From a virus (taxonomy: Duplodnaviria; Caudoviricetes), in the IMG/VR virus record IMGVR_UViG_3300031965_000064, positions 1 to 43,284 of that record: a stretch of DNA of 43,284 nt. One strand, given 5' to 3'. Positions 42,180 to 43,284 of the stretch are shown here, piece after piece (the stretch's first letter is position 1; each line of letters begins with the position of its first letter). Made by a program: the position numbers and the translations under genes. The notes under the pieces are model-generated. The model did no database searches. It saw nothing but the letters and a program-made list of their open reading frames with translations, and was not told the origin of the DNA.

Positions 42180-42992
42180 TTGAACGCATCACCCATCATC
42201 CCGTGGATAGGTGGCAAGCGACGACTGGCGGACAAAATCCTCCCTATGTTTCCTCAGCACACGTGCTACGTGGAAGCCTTTGCCGGCGGCGCGGCGCTGT
42301 TTTTCCTCAAGGAGCCGTCGAAGGCCGAAGTGCTCAACGACATCAACGGCGAGCTGGTGAACCTCTATCGCATCGTGAAGCATCACGTCGAGGAGTTCGC
42401 CCGGCAATTCAAATGGGCGTTGTCGAGCCGCGAGATTTTCAAGTGGCTGCAGGTGACGCCGCCCGAGACGCTGACCGATGTACAGCGCGCTGCGCGCTTC
42501 TACTACCTGCAGAAACTGGCGTTCGGCGCGCGAGTGCATGGGCAGAGCTACGGCACGGCCACCACGACGCCGCCGCGGCTCAACCTGCTGCGGCTCGAAG
42601 AGGACCTGAGCCAGGCGCACCTGCGGTTATCACACGCCTCGATCGAGCGGCTGGAGTGGTCGGAGTGCGTGCGCCGGTACGACCGCGCCCACACACTGTT
42701 CTACATGGACCCGCCTTATTGGGGCACCGAGGGCTACGGCCTGGCGTTCCCGCTCGAGGAATATGGGCGGCTCGCCGACGCGGTGCGAGGAATGGAGGGG
42801 AAGGTCATCGTCAGCGTCAACGACGTCCCCGAGATGCGCCGGGTGTTCGCCGGGCTGCCGACAAAGCGGGTGAGCATCAGCTATACGGTGGGCGCCTCCG
42901 GGCGCGGCCGCCAGCCTCGTGGCGAGCTGATCATCACCAACTTCCCGTCGGGGCGGGCGGCAGGGCGCCCCGGGAGCGCGCGGCCGCGGTGA
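42180..42992 (+). CDS. D12-class N6-adenine DNA methyltransferase (mom position)
   Basis: PWIGGK, YVEAFAGG, VLNDIN, YMDPPY. TTG start. Confidence 0.93.
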   Translation: MNASPIIPWIGGKRRLADKILPMFPQHTCYVEAFAGGAALFFLKEPSKAEVLNDINGELVNLYRIVKHHVEEFARQFKWALSSREIFKWLQVTPPETLTDVQRAARFYYLQKLAFGARVHGQSYGTATTTPPRLNLLRLEEDLSQAHLRLSHASIERLEWSECVRRYDRAHTLFYMDPPYWGTEGYGLAFPLEEYGRLADAVRGMEGKVIVSVNDVPEMRRVFAGLPTKRVSISYTVGASGRGRQPRGELIITNFPSGRAAGRPGSARPR

Positions 42993-43109
42993 GGGGCATT
43001 GGCTGCCGGCCGCCGACGGGCATCACCACGGCCCCCCTACGGCGCCCTTAAAGGAGTTTCAGGGGGTGTTTACGGCCCCCAAAACCGGCCGAAAACGGCC
43101 CCCAGGGGC

Positions 43110-43151
43110 GTACCAAAACCATGTGGCGCGCGTACCAAAACCATGTGGCGC
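43110..43151 (-). repeat. Transposase-binding sites R2 (43110-43129) and R1 (43132-43151)
   Basis: Two exact GTACCAAAACCATGTGGCGC copies at 22-bp spacing, inverted relative to the L sites. Confidence 0.92.
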
Positions 43152-43157
43152 GTTACA

Positions 43158-43162
43158 GCTTG
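43158..43162. repeat. Right copy of target-site duplication GCTTG
   Basis: Immediately follows the terminal CA. Confidence 0.93.
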
Positions 43163-43284
43163 CTTGCTTTATTGTGATCGCACACGGAGGCGCATTGGCG
43201 ATTACCTATTCAAAGCCAACGCCACACGCAGAGGAAATTCGCCAACTCGCGATGCTTTCGCTGCCTATCGCTACGATTGTCATC

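Larger units (their letters stand above)
105..43157 (+). mobile_element. Complete Mu-like transposable prophage (siphovirus-type tail)
   Basis: Starts TG (105) and ends CA (43157). Left end TGCAAG-GCGACACATGGTTTGCGTAC matches the reverse complement of the right end, TGTAAC-GCGCCACATGGTTTTGGTAC. 5-bp duplication GCTTG outside both ends. Carries repressor/ner/MuA/MuB/gam/gemA/mor/terminase/head/tail genes. Confidence 0.97.

Noticed and set aside
40537-43100. Diversity-generating retroelement or invertible tail-fibre segment
   Set aside because: No reverse transcriptase, no template/variable repeat pair, no invertase and no inverted crossover sites seen near the fibre gene.

Overview
The window is one apparently complete Mu-like transposable prophage of about 43.05 kb (105-43157). 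It runs TG...CA, is flanked by a 5-bp target-site duplication (GCTTG at 100-104 and 43158-43162), and has three left and two right 20-bp transposase-binding repeats. About 100 bp of lower-GC host DNA lies on each side. Gene order: a leftward lysogeny operon (XRE repressor, small protein, zinc-ribbon membrane protein, stand-alone HsdR-N nuclease); ner, MuA, MuB; a long early accessory region (outer-membrane beta-barrel, Gam, atypical DNA methyltransferase, degenerate HNH, SET-domain protein, GemA); Mor; lysis genes; Mu-type terminase; portal; a putative head-fibre module invaded by an HNH gene; a protease-scaffold-capsid fusion; a non-contractile tail with a -1 frameshifted chaperone; and a D12/Dam-type methylase in the mom position. 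The most unusual signals are these. (1) Period-7 and period-14 tandem arrays sit at gene junctions, including a perfect 33-bp inverted pair bracketing mor plus the lysis genes and a 5+5 x 14-bp array that folds on itself with G-U pairs. (2) An HNH gene appears to have brought a synonymously recoded replacement 3' end of its target gene. (3) A low-GC SET-domain gene is present. (4) A poly-C frameshift fuses a lipoprotein signal to the holin. (5) A switch-like structured leader precedes the methylase. (6) Three GTACC-W5/6-GGTAC palindromes recur inside early genes. Product calls come from motif recognition and synteny only; no database searches were run.
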